Assembly (NCBI GenBank): GCA_964488495.1
Contig: CAZAUQ010000007.1
Coordinates: 1 to 60,269, forward strand
DNA: 60,269 nucleotides
Reading direction: 5' to 3'
Source of the DNA: an uncultured Bacteroidales bacterium
Lineage (GTDB): Bacteria; Bacteroidota; Bacteroidia; Bacteroidales; UBA1402
The notes below the pieces were generated by a model, which ran no database searches, had not been told where the DNA came from, and saw nothing but the letters and a program-made list of their open reading frames with translations. Of this stretch, positions 19,522-28,513 are shown one piece after another. Each line of letters begins with the position of its first letter. Positions within the stretch are counted from its first letter, which is position 1. The translations under genes and the position numbers were made by a program.

Positions 19522-20058
19522 ATGGAAGCACTACACTTGTTGCACCGCTACCTGGATCCTCACGCAGGGCTTTTTGATATAGTCTGTTCTCATGGCCAGG
19601 CGGTTGCCGGCAAAGTGTTGTCCATACTGGACTCACATCCCGAAATACAAGCAGACAGGAAGTTTATCGAAGAAGCGTCCCTGTTGCACGATATAGGCAT
19701 ATTCAGGACTTTTGCGCCCGATATTGCCTGTTTTGGCATCCAGCCTTATATTTGTCACGGTTATCTGGGAGCCGATATCCTCAGGGCAGAAGGTTATGAA
19801 CGTCATGCCCTGGTTTGCGAACGGCATACGGGTACAGGTATAAGCCTGCAGGAGATCAAAGAAAAACAGTTGCCCCTGCCGCATCGGGATATGTTGCCTG
19901 TCAGTATCGAAGAGCAGTTGATCTGTTTTGCCGATAAGTTTTTTTCCAAAACCAAGCTGCAAAAAGAGCGCAACACCGGGGAAGCCCGAAGCAAACTGGA
20001 ACGATTTGGACCAGAAACCCTGGAGCGTTTCGATTTTTGGTGCAAGAGCTTTCTGTAA
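19522..20058 (+). CDS. HD domain-containing phosphohydrolase
   Basis: 178 aa with an H...HD metal-binding pattern (SLLHDIG, ICHGYLG, ERHTGTG). Confidence 0.75.
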   Translation: MEALHLLHRYLDPHAGLFDIVCSHGQAVAGKVLSILDSHPEIQADRKFIEEASLLHDIGIFRTFAPDIACFGIQPYICHGYLGADILRAEGYERHALVCERHTGTGISLQEIKEKQLPLPHRDMLPVSIEEQLICFADKFFSKTKLQKERNTGEARSKLERFGPETLERFDFWCKSFL

Positions 20059-20073
20059 TCCATCGGATTTGCG

Positions 20074-20081
20074 TACTTTTG
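20074..20081 (+). promoter_or_regulatory. -7 promoter box TActTTTG upstream of the LptD-like gene
   Basis: Exact TAnnTTTG match 22 nt upstream of the ATG at 20103. Confidence 0.4.
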
Positions 20082-20102
20082 TCCCTTTGATCCCTGGGTA
20101 GT

Positions 20103-23018
20103 ATGATGGATGTACAACCTGATTTTAAGTCAATTACATTGAAGCAGCTCAAGAATCCCGTTCAGCACTTTAACGCGACCCGTCCCAAAAGCAGATTCTT
20201 TGGAGGTTTTTTTGGCTCCTTACTCAGGTGTATATTGCTGATTCTGTTCTTTTTTTCTATCTCTGCCGGGCTGAATGCTCAGAATAAAACCCGCTTGAGT
20301 GCTACCAGTAACGAGGATTCGATTCCATCCGCACCAATCTCAGAAAGTAATCTTCTTCCCGACAGCCTGCAAGCTACCCCCGACAGCCTGCAAGCTACCC
20401 CCGACAGCCTTCAAGCCACTCCCGACAGCCTGGCTGCCAAAGCACAAAAAGCAGACAAAGGCCTGGAAGGCATCAACGCTGTAGTGGAATACCAGGCCGA
20501 AGATTCTCTTATTTTCGAAGGCGGAGGCATGGGACGCTTATACAAACAGGGGCAAGTGGTATACGACGATCTCAACCTCGAAGCCGACTATATTCAAATG
20601 GCAATGGACAGCAGCCTGATTTACGCCAGCGGAGTAGAAGATTCTACCGGAACGGTGACAGGAGATCCGGTGTTTAAGGATACCAGCGGCGAATACGTAT
20701 CCAAAAACCTTAAATACAATTTCAACACGCGTCGTGGCATCATCAGCCAGGTAGTCACTCAGCAGGGAGAAGGTTATGTGGTAAGCGGCCTGACAAAAAA
20801 GATGGAAGACGATGCCCTCTATATGATTGACGGCAAATACACCACCTGCGAGGACCACGAGAATCCCCACTTTTACCTGCAATTGAGCAAAGCCAAGGTT
20901 CGTCCCAAAAAAGACATCGTGGCCGGTCCTGCTCATCTGGTAGTCGAAGACGTGCATTTACCATTGATTGTACCCTTTGGTTATTTTCCTTTTACCGAAT
21001 CCTACTCCTCGGGGATAATTACACCCACCTATGGTGACGAACTTTCGCGTGGTTTTTACCTCAAAGACGGCGGTTATTATTTTGCCATCAGCGATTACCT
21101 GGATCTGGCACTGACAGGTGAGCTGTATTCCAAAGGATCCTGGGGAGCCCGGCTCAGAACCAATTATCGCAAACGCTATAAATTCTCGGGTGCCCTCAAC
21201 GCCTCCTACCTGGTGAGTGTCACCAGCGAAAAAAACTTGCCCGATTATGCCCAGTCCAAAAACCTGAGCCTCACCTGGAGTCATTCTCAAGATCCCAAAG
21301 CGAATCCTTTCCGCAGTTTCTCGGCCAGCGTCAATTTTGCCACCAGCGGTTACAGCCGCAACGACATAGCCTCCTACTACAATCCCGAAGTCTTTTCGAC
21401 CAATACCAAAAGCTCGAGCATCAACCTGACCCAGCGTTTTCCCAATTTTCCGCTCACACTGAGTGCCAGCATGAGTGTCTCACAGCGCAGTAAAGACTCG
21501 GTGCTGACGGTTTCGTTACCCAACCTGACAGCCAGTGTTTCGCGATTCTATCCTTTCAAACGTAAGAATCCGGTGGGCAGGGAGCGTTTTTACGAAAAAA
21601 TCAGCATGAGTTATACCGGGTCGCTGGCCAACAGCATCAGTGAAGTCAAAGAATACGATTTTTTTAAAAAATCGCTGGTACGCGACTGGCGCAACGGCAT
21701 GCGCCACAGCATACCCATATCGGCCACTTTCAATGTGTTGAATTACATCAACATTACCCCTTCCTTTTCTTATACCGAACGCTGGTATACCAGCTCCATC
21801 GATAAATATTACGATCCCGGGCTGGATCAACTGGTTACCGACACCCTTTGGGGTTTTAACCGGGTTTGGGATTATTCGGCCAGTGTCAGTGCTTCCACCA
21901 AACTGTACGGTTTTTTTCAACCCTTGCCCCAGTTATTCGGAACCAAAGTCAATATGATCCGTCATGTATTCACTCCCAGTGTTTCGCTCAGTTACAGGCC
22001 CGATTTCGGTGAGTCGCAATACGGCTATTACGAAACCCTCAATTATCTCGATGTGAACGGTAACGAAAAGACTCATACCTATTCGCATTACCAGAATTCC
22101 TTGTATGGAACTCCGGGCAGAGGAAAATCGGGAACAGTCAGTTTTAACGTGGCCAACAATCTCGAGATGAAAGTCAGAGACGACAAGGACACAGTCAATC
22201 AATTCAAGAAAGTAAGCCTCATCGATAATTTCTCTTTTGGCACTTCGTACAATATGGCAGCCGACAGTTTGAACTGGAGCAATATTTCGGCCAATATCCG
22301 TATCAAATTCGGCGATTTGTACACCCTGAACCTGAGCGGTTCTTTCGATCCTTATACCTACATTCTGAACAGCGCCGGCAATCCGGTGCGGGTCAATGTT
22401 ACCCAGTTCGAAAAATACGGAATTCCCGGCCGTTTGGTAGGTACGGGTACTTCTTTTTCATACTCAATAAATAACGATACTTTCAAAAAGAAGGACAAAG
22501 ACAAGAAAGGCAAGGGAGGGGGCACTTTGTCCGGCTCAGGAGGAGATCTTTCGGGTTTGGATGGCGATCTTTCAGACCTTGGTGATGAACCCGGAGTCTT
22601 AGAGGAACCTGAAGCTCTTCCCGATCCTGAAGCTGCGCTGTACCAGCCTTTCAAAATGCCCTGGAACGTAAGCCTGAGTTATACTTTGCGTTATGCCCGT
22701 GCCGGCTTCAACAAAGAACGCCTGGAGTACGACATGAAACTGATGCACAACCTGAGTTTCAACGGTAATCTCTCGCTCACCGATAAATGGAAATTCACAG
22801 TAGCAAGCAGTTACAACTTCAATACCAAGCAATTATCAACGGTCAACTGTACCGTTTCGCGCGACCTGCATTGCTGGCAAATGTCGGCCAGCTTTATTCC
22901 GGTGGGCCGCTTTAAATCTTATAATTTCTCCATCAGGGTCAAGTCGGGCATGTTGCAGGACCTCAAGTATGAGCAACAACAAAATCCCCGCGATAATGTG
23001 GTTTGGGGGATTCGTTAA
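20103..23018 (+). CDS. lptD: LptD-like (OstA family) outer membrane LPS assembly protein
   Basis: 971 aa with an N-terminal TM/signal segment, an OstA-like N-domain (VVEYQAEDSLIFEGGG...ADYIQM) and a long beta-barrel-like Ser/Thr/Tyr/Asn-rich C-terminal part. Size and layout resemble Bacteroidota proteins annotated as putative LptD. Confidence 0.78.
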   Translation: MMDVQPDFKSITLKQLKNPVQHFNATRPKSRFFGGFFGSLLRCILLILFFFSISAGLNAQNKTRLSATSNEDSIPSAPISESNLLPDSLQATPDSLQATPDSLQATPDSLAAKAQKADKGLEGINAVVEYQAEDSLIFEGGGMGRLYKQGQVVYDDLNLEADYIQMAMDSSLIYASGVEDSTGTVTGDPVFKDTSGEYVSKNLKYNFNTRRGIISQVVTQQGEGYVVSGLTKKMEDDALYMIDGKYTTCEDHENPHFYLQLSKAKVRPKKDIVAGPAHLVVEDVHLPLIVPFGYFPFTESYSSGIITPTYGDELSRGFYLKDGGYYFAISDYLDLALTGELYSKGSWGARLRTNYRKRYKFSGALNASYLVSVTSEKNLPDYAQSKNLSLTWSHSQDPKANPFRSFSASVNFATSGYSRNDIASYYNPEVFSTNTKSSSINLTQRFPNFPLTLSASMSVSQRSKDSVLTVSLPNLTASVSRFYPFKRKNPVGRERFYEKISMSYTGSLANSISEVKEYDFFKKSLVRDWRNGMRHSIPISATFNVLNYINITPSFSYTERWYTSSIDKYYDPGLDQLVTDTLWGFNRVWDYSASVSASTKLYGFFQPLPQLFGTKVNMIRHVFTPSVSLSYRPDFGESQYGYYETLNYLDVNGNEKTHTYSHYQNSLYGTPGRGKSGTVSFNVANNLEMKVRDDKDTVNQFKKVSLIDNFSFGTSYNMAADSLNWSNISANIRIKFGDLYTLNLSGSFDPYTYILNSAGNPVRVNVTQFEKYGIPGRLVGTGTSFSYSINNDTFKKKDKDKKGKGGGTLSGSGGDLSGLDGDLSDLGDEPGVLEEPEALPDPEAALYQPFKMPWNVSLSYTLRYARAGFNKERLEYDMKLMHNLSFNGNLSLTDKWKFTVASSYNFNTKQLSTVNCTVSRDLHCWQMSASFIPVGRFKSYNFSIRVKSGMLQDLKYEQQQNPRDNVVWGIR
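20358..20435 (+). repeat. in-frame 21-bp tandem repeat (about 3.7 copies) encoding PDSLQAT heptads in the LptD-like protein
   Basis: CCCGACAGCCTGCAAGCTACC occurs at 20358 and 20379 (identical), a diverged copy starts at 20400, and a partial copy starts at 20421. Confidence 0.95.
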
Positions 23019-23049
23019 CTATACCACAACGATTTCCGGTTGGTTTTTT

Positions 23050-23077
23050 GCCCGACAAGAGTCGGGCTTTTGCTTTT
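23050..23077 (+). terminator. intrinsic terminator after the LptD-like gene
   Basis: GCCCGAC 23050-23056, loop AAGA, GTCGGGC 23061-23067, followed by TTTTGCTTTT. Confidence 0.7.
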
Positions 23078-23115
23078 GGAAAGAGAGTCCGGCAAATGAT
23101 GTCGGTATGAGTTCT

Positions 23116-23781
23116 TCAGCGCCAATCTACAGGCAGGGAGCCTTTGCTTTGCAAATATTGATTAGCCTTGCTGAAATGGTGATTGCCCAAAAAGCCACGG
23201 TAGGCCGACAGGGGCGAGGGATGCGCCGATTTGAGCACCAGATGACGGTTGTTGTTGATGAATTCACCTTTGCGCTGGGCATAAGCGCCCCAGAGTAAAA
23301 ACACCAGGCCTTGCTTTTCTTCGGCCAGACGATGCACCACCGCATCGGTAAATCGTTCCCAGCCTTTGTTTTGATGTGAGCCGGCCTGATGAGCCCTGAC
23401 ACTGAGGGTAGCGTTGAGCAGTAAGACGCCCTGCCGGGCCCAGCGTTCCAGATTGCCCGAGGGCAGAGGCTCCAGACCCAGATCCTGACGTATTTCACGA
23501 AAAATGTTTTCGAGCGAAGGGGGTAAAACCACGCCCTCCTGTACCGAGAAGCAAAGCCCGTGGGCTTGTCCGGGTTCGTGGTAGGGATCCTGCCCCAAAA
23601 TCACCACCCTGACCTGCTCAAAAGGACAGAGATCAAAGGCATTAAAAATCAGGCGGGCCGGCGGATATACCTTGTGTTGACGGTATTCTTCGCGCACAAA
23701 GGCGGTAAGCCCGGCAAAGTATTCCTTTTCGAATTCTTCGCTCAGCCGCGATTTCCAGGAGCTTTCGATTCTTACATCCAC
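23116..23781 (-). CDS. ung: uracil-DNA glycosylase (family 1)
   Basis: VVILGQDPYHEPGQAHGLCFSV and HPSPLSA motifs. The track start at 23820 is GTG and overlaps asnA. The in-frame GTG at 23781 gives (M)DVRIESSWK, which matches the usual Bacteroidota Ung N-terminus; the exact start is uncertain. Confidence 0.88.
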   Translation of the reverse strand: MDVRIESSWKSRLSEEFEKEYFAGLTAFVREEYRQHKVYPPARLIFNAFDLCPFEQVRVVILGQDPYHEPGQAHGLCFSVQEGVVLPPSLENIFREIRQDLGLEPLPSGNLERWARQGVLLLNATLSVRAHQAGSHQNKGWERFTDAVVHRLAEEKQGLVFLLWGAYAQRKGEFINNNRHLVLKSAHPSPLSAYRGFLGNHHFSKANQYLQSKGSLPVDWR

Positions 23782-23791
23782 CGTTCTGATG

Positions 23792-24829
23792 TTAAATGAG
23801 CGGAATGCCGTGCGCAGCACAGCGTGCTATCATGTCTTCGGGCCAGATGCTGGCCTGAATTTCTCCCACATGGGCCTTTCGCAGTAAAAACATGCAGAGT
23901 CTCGATTGCCCGATACCGCCGCCTATGCTCAGGGGCAGCTGGTCGTTGATTAATTTTTGATGGAAATACAAGCCTTTGCGTTCTTCGGTTCCACTCAGTT
24001 TCAATTGCCTCAACAGGGCTTTTTTATCGACGCGGATGCCCATGGACGACAACTCAAAAGCGCAGCCCAGTATGGGATTCCAGAGCAAAATATCCCCGTT
24101 CAGACCGGGCAGGCCATTTTCGTCTTCGCTGCTCCAGTCGTCGTAGTCGGGAGCTCTCATATCGTGTGTTTTGCCGTCTCCCAGATTGGCTCCGATACCG
24201 ATGATAAATACTGCTCCGTACTCTTTGCTTATGCGATTTTCACGTTCCTTGGGCTCCAGGTCAGGATAACGTTGGCGTAATTCTTCGGCGTGAATAAAAT
24301 GGATTTCTGCCGGCAAAGAAGGTTTGATGCCGGGGAACTGTTCGTACACCATGTATTCGGTTTGGAGCAGGACCGAGTAAATACGTTCGACTATAGCCTT
24401 GAGATAAGCCTTGGTTCTGTCCTGTTTGCCTATGGTGGCTTCCCAGTCCCACTGATCTACGTAGATGGAATGTAAATTATCCATTTCCTCGTCCGGACGA
24501 ATGGCGTTCATATCGGTATAAATGCCATAACCCCTTTCGATTTCGTAATCGGCCAGGGTGAGGCGTTTCCATTTAGCCAGCGAATGCACGATCTCTGCTC
24601 GTTGGTCTTGCAGGTCTTTGATGGGAAAAGTCACCGGACGTTCGATGCCCGACAGATCATCATTGATTCCCCTGCCTCCCAGCACAAACAGGGGAGCCGT
24701 CACCCGCCTCAGGCGTAGTTCGGCAGCCAGGCTCAACTGGAAAAAATCTTTGATACTCTTAATACCCTGTTCGGTTTGCTTCAGGTCCAGCAAGGCTTGG
24801 TAATTTTTGGGAAGAATCAGGCGGCTCAT
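23792..24829 (-). CDS. asnA: aspartate--ammonia ligase (asparagine synthetase A)
   Basis: 345 aa; the TEQGIKSIKDFF...RVTAPLFV...GINDDLSG pattern and class II aaRS-like core are typical of AsnA. Confidence 0.93.
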   Translation of the reverse strand: MSRLILPKNYQALLDLKQTEQGIKSIKDFFQLSLAAELRLRRVTAPLFVLGGRGINDDLSGIERPVTFPIKDLQDQRAEIVHSLAKWKRLTLADYEIERGYGIYTDMNAIRPDEEMDNLHSIYVDQWDWEATIGKQDRTKAYLKAIVERIYSVLLQTEYMVYEQFPGIKPSLPAEIHFIHAEELRQRYPDLEPKERENRISKEYGAVFIIGIGANLGDGKTHDMRAPDYDDWSSEDENGLPGLNGDILLWNPILGCAFELSSMGIRVDKKALLRQLKLSGTEERKGLYFHQKLINDQLPLSIGGGIGQSRLCMFLLRKAHVGEIQASIWPEDMIARCAAHGIPLI

Positions 24830-24879
24830 ACGCTAATTTTAATGGATGATACTTGGTGCCCTCAAAAGGGCGTTGGGCG

Positions 24880-24887
24880 CAAAAATA
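24880..24887 (-). promoter_or_regulatory. candidate -7 box (TAttTTTG on the minus strand) for asnA
   Basis: CAAAAATA on the + strand, 51 nt upstream of the asnA ATG. Confidence 0.35.
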
Positions 24888-24895
24888 CTCAAAAA

Positions 24896-25239
24896 TTTTG
24901 TTTGGCTTTCACTAATGCTATTTTTCGGACTTCGTCCTGGAAGATAGCTACGCTCGGCAAATGCAAAATTGAATGTTTTTGCTCTCACTTAACGTTATCT
25001 TTTCGGACTACGTCCGAGAAGATAGCTACGCTCGGCAAAAACAAAAAATAATGTTGTTTGCTCTCACTTAGCGCAATCTTTTCGGACTACGCCCGAGAAG
25101 ATAGCTACGCTCGGCAAATGCAAAATTGAATGTTTTTGCTCTCACTTAACGTTATCTTTTCGGACTACGTCCGAGAAGATAGCTACGCTCGGCAAAAACA
25201 AAATATATTTTGTTTTTGCTCTCGCTTACGCTATCTTTG
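24896..25239. repeat. tandem array of about 4.5 units of 76-80 bp, each with a 13-bp-stem hairpin; the last unit merges into the tRNA-Arg promoter
   Basis: The anchor GCTCTCACTT occurs at 24981, 25060 and 25138, with degenerate copies at 24905 and 25218. By eye, about 105 bp at 24940-25046 is identical to 25097-25203, giving a 157-bp higher-order unit. Hairpins are at 24996-25024, 25076-25102 and 25153-25181. Confidence 0.9.
25209..25239 (+). promoter_or_regulatory. promoter of tRNA-Arg
   Basis: TTTG at 25209-25212, a 19-nt spacer, then TAtcTTTG at 25232-25239, 14 nt upstream of the mature tRNA 5' end. Confidence 0.55.
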
Positions 25240-25253
25240 TCCCCCGGAAGTGA

Positions 25254-25325
25254 GATCCCGTAGTTCAATGGATAGAATAATGGATTCCGGTTCCATCGAT
25301 TGGGGTTCGACTCCCCACGGGATTA
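25254..25325 (+). tRNA. tRNA-Arg (anticodon CCG), CCA not encoded
   Basis: Hand-folded cloverleaf. Acceptor stem GATCCCG/CGGGATT (G1-U72 wobble); D arm with GG; anticodon stem ATGGA/TCCAT with loop TTCCGGT (CCG at positions 34-36); T arm TGGGG-TTCGACT-CCCCA; discriminator A. Confidence 0.9.
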
Positions 25326-25326
25326 C

Positions 25327-25367
25327 AAAAAAACCACAGATCGCTCAAAAGGATCTGTGGTTTTTTT
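25327..25367. terminator. bidirectional intrinsic terminator between tRNA-Arg and the convergent GH28 gene
   Basis: Stem CCACAGATC 25334-25342 / GATCTGTGG 25352-25360, flanked by A7 on the left and T7 on the right. Confidence 0.8.
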
Positions 25368-25439
25368 AATGGCGTTTTTGTCCGCCTTATGGTTATAATA
25401 AATTAAGGTATACCGCTGATAATCACGTGGATGCCAAAA

Positions 25440-27014
25440 TTACTTTAACACCGTCCCCTCCCAATTTTCAGGTTTCTCCGGCTTGCATTGTTCGAAGCGG
25501 ATGTTACGACTGAGTTCGCCTTCGAACTGACAGAGGATGTTGTTATTGGGATTGGTAAAAGTCACTTTTTCAAACAAAATGTTGCGGCCGTCCAATACGC
25601 TTATGCTGTTTTCCCTGGAACTTACCTGCACGTTTTTCAGGTGAATGTTGTCCACGTCGCGCAGTTGGATCAGACGTTCGCAGTTTTCGGCTGTGACGTT
25701 CTCCAGGTATAAGTTGGTCAGGGGCGTTTCGGGAATGCCGGTGACTTTGATAAACTGAGAGGCTCTTTCGACGATGATGTCTTTGGCTGTGATGTTTCTG
25801 TAGGAGGGGGTCAGGGGAGTGATTTCCCTTACCGGCAGGCGGTCGGCCAACAGACCCACGTAGGTACGCGAGCCCAGCATATCCCAGACAAAGGCATTGC
25901 CGGAAAGGTTCATGCGAATACGTTCGTAAGTGATGTTTTCGCCGCCACCACCACGATTTCTACGGGTTTTGAAGCGGATGCCTGCTCCGGTTTCGTCAAA
26001 GACGCAATCGTGCACATATAAGTTGCGAATCATACCCGCTGTTTCACTGCCGCAGGTAATGCCGCCGTGGCCTTTTTTGGCCAGGCAATAGCGAACCACC
26101 ACATTTTCGGTGGGTTTGTTCACCCGCATACCGTCCTCGCAGCGGCCTGCCTTCATGGTAAAGCAGTCGTCTCCGCAATTCAGGGTAGAATATTCGATCA
26201 GAACATTACGGCTCGATTCTACGTCGATACCGTCACCACGGGGAATACCCACGGAATTCACTGTGATACCCCTGATAATCACTCCGTCGCAATAAACGGG
26301 TACTACGTTCCAAAAAGCAGTTCTTTCGAGCGTGACTCCTTCGATGTATACATTGGTACAAGCGGTGGGTGAGATAAACATGGGCAGGAGAACGGGGCTT
26401 CCTTCCAGGCCGGTATAAATTCTTTCTTTGACGGGAGTATCTGCCGAAATGACATTTTCGATGACACCAGATTTAAGTACCTGCCTGCGTATGGCGCAAT
26501 CCATGGGTGGGCCGGTGAGTTTACCCTTGCCGGTAACGGCGATGTTGTCTTGTTTATAGGCGTATATAAGTGCTCCCAGCGACATCATTTCCACGCCTTC
26601 GTTGCGGGTAAAGACGGCTGGTTGATAATCTTCCACTTCTCCGCTGAAATACACTTCGGCTCCTTCGTCAAAATGCAGATTGACGTTGCTTTTGAGGATG
26701 ATGCGTCCGCTTTGCCAGGTTCCGGCAGGTACAATTACCTTGCCGCCACCACGGGCACAGAGTTCATCGATGGCCGATTGCACTATGCCGGTAATTTTTT
26801 CATCGGCCCTGGCTCCCCTGTCGGCAATGTTGATTTCGGCCTCGGGGAAAACGGGTTTTGTAAACTGAGGCATATCAAAAGGCGCTTTTACAGCCCTGAT
26901 TTCGTCGGGGAGCATAGCAGCTCCCACCTGGTCTTTGGTGGGAATATTAACTGCTTGGGTACAAGACAAAATAAGGCTGCAAAGTGAAAGACTGAGTACA
27001 AGCTTTAGGTTCAT
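25440..27014 (-). CDS. glycoside hydrolase family 28 (polygalacturonase-like), secreted
   Basis: Signal peptide, parallel beta-helix repeats, and GH28 motifs NCGDDCFTMKAG, GHGGITCGSE and IRFKT. Confidence 0.88.
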   Translation of the reverse strand: MNLKLVLSLSLCSLILSCTQAVNIPTKDQVGAAMLPDEIRAVKAPFDMPQFTKPVFPEAEINIADRGARADEKITGIVQSAIDELCARGGGKVIVPAGTWQSGRIILKSNVNLHFDEGAEVYFSGEVEDYQPAVFTRNEGVEMMSLGALIYAYKQDNIAVTGKGKLTGPPMDCAIRRQVLKSGVIENVISADTPVKERIYTGLEGSPVLLPMFISPTACTNVYIEGVTLERTAFWNVVPVYCDGVIIRGITVNSVGIPRGDGIDVESSRNVLIEYSTLNCGDDCFTMKAGRCEDGMRVNKPTENVVVRYCLAKKGHGGITCGSETAGMIRNLYVHDCVFDETGAGIRFKTRRNRGGGGENITYERIRMNLSGNAFVWDMLGSRTYVGLLADRLPVREITPLTPSYRNITAKDIIVERASQFIKVTGIPETPLTNLYLENVTAENCERLIQLRDVDNIHLKNVQVSSRENSISVLDGRNILFEKVTFTNPNNNILCQFEGELSRNIRFEQCKPEKPENWEGTVLK

Positions 27015-27135
27015 ATATGTAGATTAAGGGTTATGAGAATTCATGCAAATGTATTTAAATATCAGAAAGTCGCAAGAAGGCTTAACCTACTTTATTGATT
27101 AGTAGACTTTCTTTAGCAGAGATCATACTTGGCCG

Positions 27136-28383
27136 TCAGGGAATTGTCTGTCCTGTTGCCTGAGCCCAGGCGGTTTGGAAATAGGCCTGGTTGAGGTTGG
27201 TGATTTTTTGGCTGTAGGGCAGGTCGTAGCGGGGAATGTAGGTGCTCAGTCCGCAATAACTGCCTACATCAAACCAATGCGAAGAATTATATGCAGAATA
27301 GATTTGATTGGTGCAATCTTTGTAGATAACTGTACGGTTGAGTTGATTCAAAAAGTCATTGTAAAACATCGGATAGCGCGAGATGGCCGCCATGTAGTCG
27401 TCCAGGTCGTAAAACAAATGCGGATCCATCAGTTCGTAGTACTGAACAGCCGATAAATCGATGTTGCTCACCGGTAGGGGATCGGCCTGGAAAACAGCCC
27501 GGGCGCAAACAGCCAGCGAATCCATTTCGCTCAGCTTTACCAACACGGTACTGGCCGAAGGATAGGTCGTATTAGCCCTGTAGTTCGTCATATAAGCCTG
27601 GCAAAGCTGACGGCAGAGAGCTTCGGTACTCAGCTCCTCTTTGAATACCAGCCGGACAAAGTCTTTGTAAGGGAAACCGGCTCCCATCACCTCAGCCGGA
27701 GAGCCGATCAGATAGTCGGCAGCATACCTTAAATCGTAAAGCATTTCTACCGAGGCGGTAAAGCAAGCATCGAAGAGCAGAAATTCCAGTTCCTGCCCAT
27801 CAAGTGCTTCTGCCAGATCGGGGATTTCCATATAATAATAACCGTCCTGACCAAACCAGCCAAGCAGATCTTCGTCTTTGATTCTTTCGGCTGCAGACCG
27901 CAGGGCGGGTGGATTGATGTTGTCCGGAGCCAGTGCCGAAGTATAGGGATGCCAACCCATGGCGTGCGACCACAATACCATACCATAGGTTTTGGCCGGA
28001 GCCAGCCTTTTGGCATCGCGGACAACCTGCTTCATGGCGTTTATATCGAGGCTGTTATCGAAACTGTATTCATGCAGTAAAAGGGTGTCGCCCTGACCTG
28101 TTGATGTATTGATTTTTATTTCGAGCAATTGCTGGGTTTCGGAATAGCGCGGCACATAAAATACCAGCAACCTGCCCGTTTCCATATCGTCGGCATTCAG
28201 GTTTTGTATCATAGCGTTCATGTTCTGAACGGCATAGGAATTCAGGTTGTTGTTGGCCACCATATACACCAGGACGGTTCGGTGGGTGTCCTTTTTTACC
28301 GAAGGCGGGTTGCAGCAACTCAATAAAAAAGGCATTAACAGCCAAAAGAAGATAGTACTCTTCAGATAGAAAGCTGGCCGCAT
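27136..28383 (-). CDS. clostripain-family (C11) cysteine peptidase lipoprotein
   Basis: VLVYMVANNNL, WSHAMGW (His) and LLFDACF (Cys) fit the C11 catalytic dyad context. The ATG at 28383 gives the lipoprotein-like signal MRPAFYLKSTIFFWLLMPFLLSC. Confidence 0.82.
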   Translation of the reverse strand: MRPAFYLKSTIFFWLLMPFLLSCCNPPSVKKDTHRTVLVYMVANNNLNSYAVQNMNAMIQNLNADDMETGRLLVFYVPRYSETQQLLEIKINTSTGQGDTLLLHEYSFDNSLDINAMKQVVRDAKRLAPAKTYGMVLWSHAMGWHPYTSALAPDNINPPALRSAAERIKDEDLLGWFGQDGYYYMEIPDLAEALDGQELEFLLFDACFTASVEMLYDLRYAADYLIGSPAEVMGAGFPYKDFVRLVFKEELSTEALCRQLCQAYMTNYRANTTYPSASTVLVKLSEMDSLAVCARAVFQADPLPVSNIDLSAVQYYELMDPHLFYDLDDYMAAISRYPMFYNDFLNQLNRTVIYKDCTNQIYSAYNSSHWFDVGSYCGLSTYIPRYDLPYSQKITNLNQAYFQTAWAQATGQTIP

Positions 28384-28513
28384 TAAGCTGCTATTCCTGA
28401 ACGAGGCAAAGCTCTCTCCCTTTGAAAGAGTCCGGTTGTTCCGCCGGTTTTTTAATCCTCTTAAAAAAGCGTTCAGCTTTATATACATGGCTTCGCATTT
28501 TAAGCAGTCCTGT

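Noticed and set aside
19424-19636. The 71-aa N-terminal extension of the NamZ-like ORF given in the track.
   Set aside because: The extension overlaps the divergent HD-domain gene and its upstream region. The internal ATG at 19423 gives a proper lipoprotein signal peptide.
24896-25239. Reading the repeat array as CRISPR.
   Set aside because: The intervening segments are short and are themselves repeated (alternate units are identical). The period is about 78 bp with most of the unit conserved, and no cas genes are nearby. It is a tandem repeat, not a repeat-spacer array.
24776-25369. Track ORFs 24776..25051 (91 aa) and 25130..25369 (79 aa).
   Set aside because: They run through the tandem repeats, the tRNA-Arg gene and its terminator, so their repetitive translations are a by-product of the DNA repeat.
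25254-28488. A tRNA-adjacent genomic island carrying the GH28 and C11 peptidase genes next to tRNA-Arg.
   Set aside because: There is no integrase, no duplicated tRNA 3' end (att-like direct repeat) visible downstream, and no obvious compositional break. The genes are convergent with the tRNA and share its terminator.
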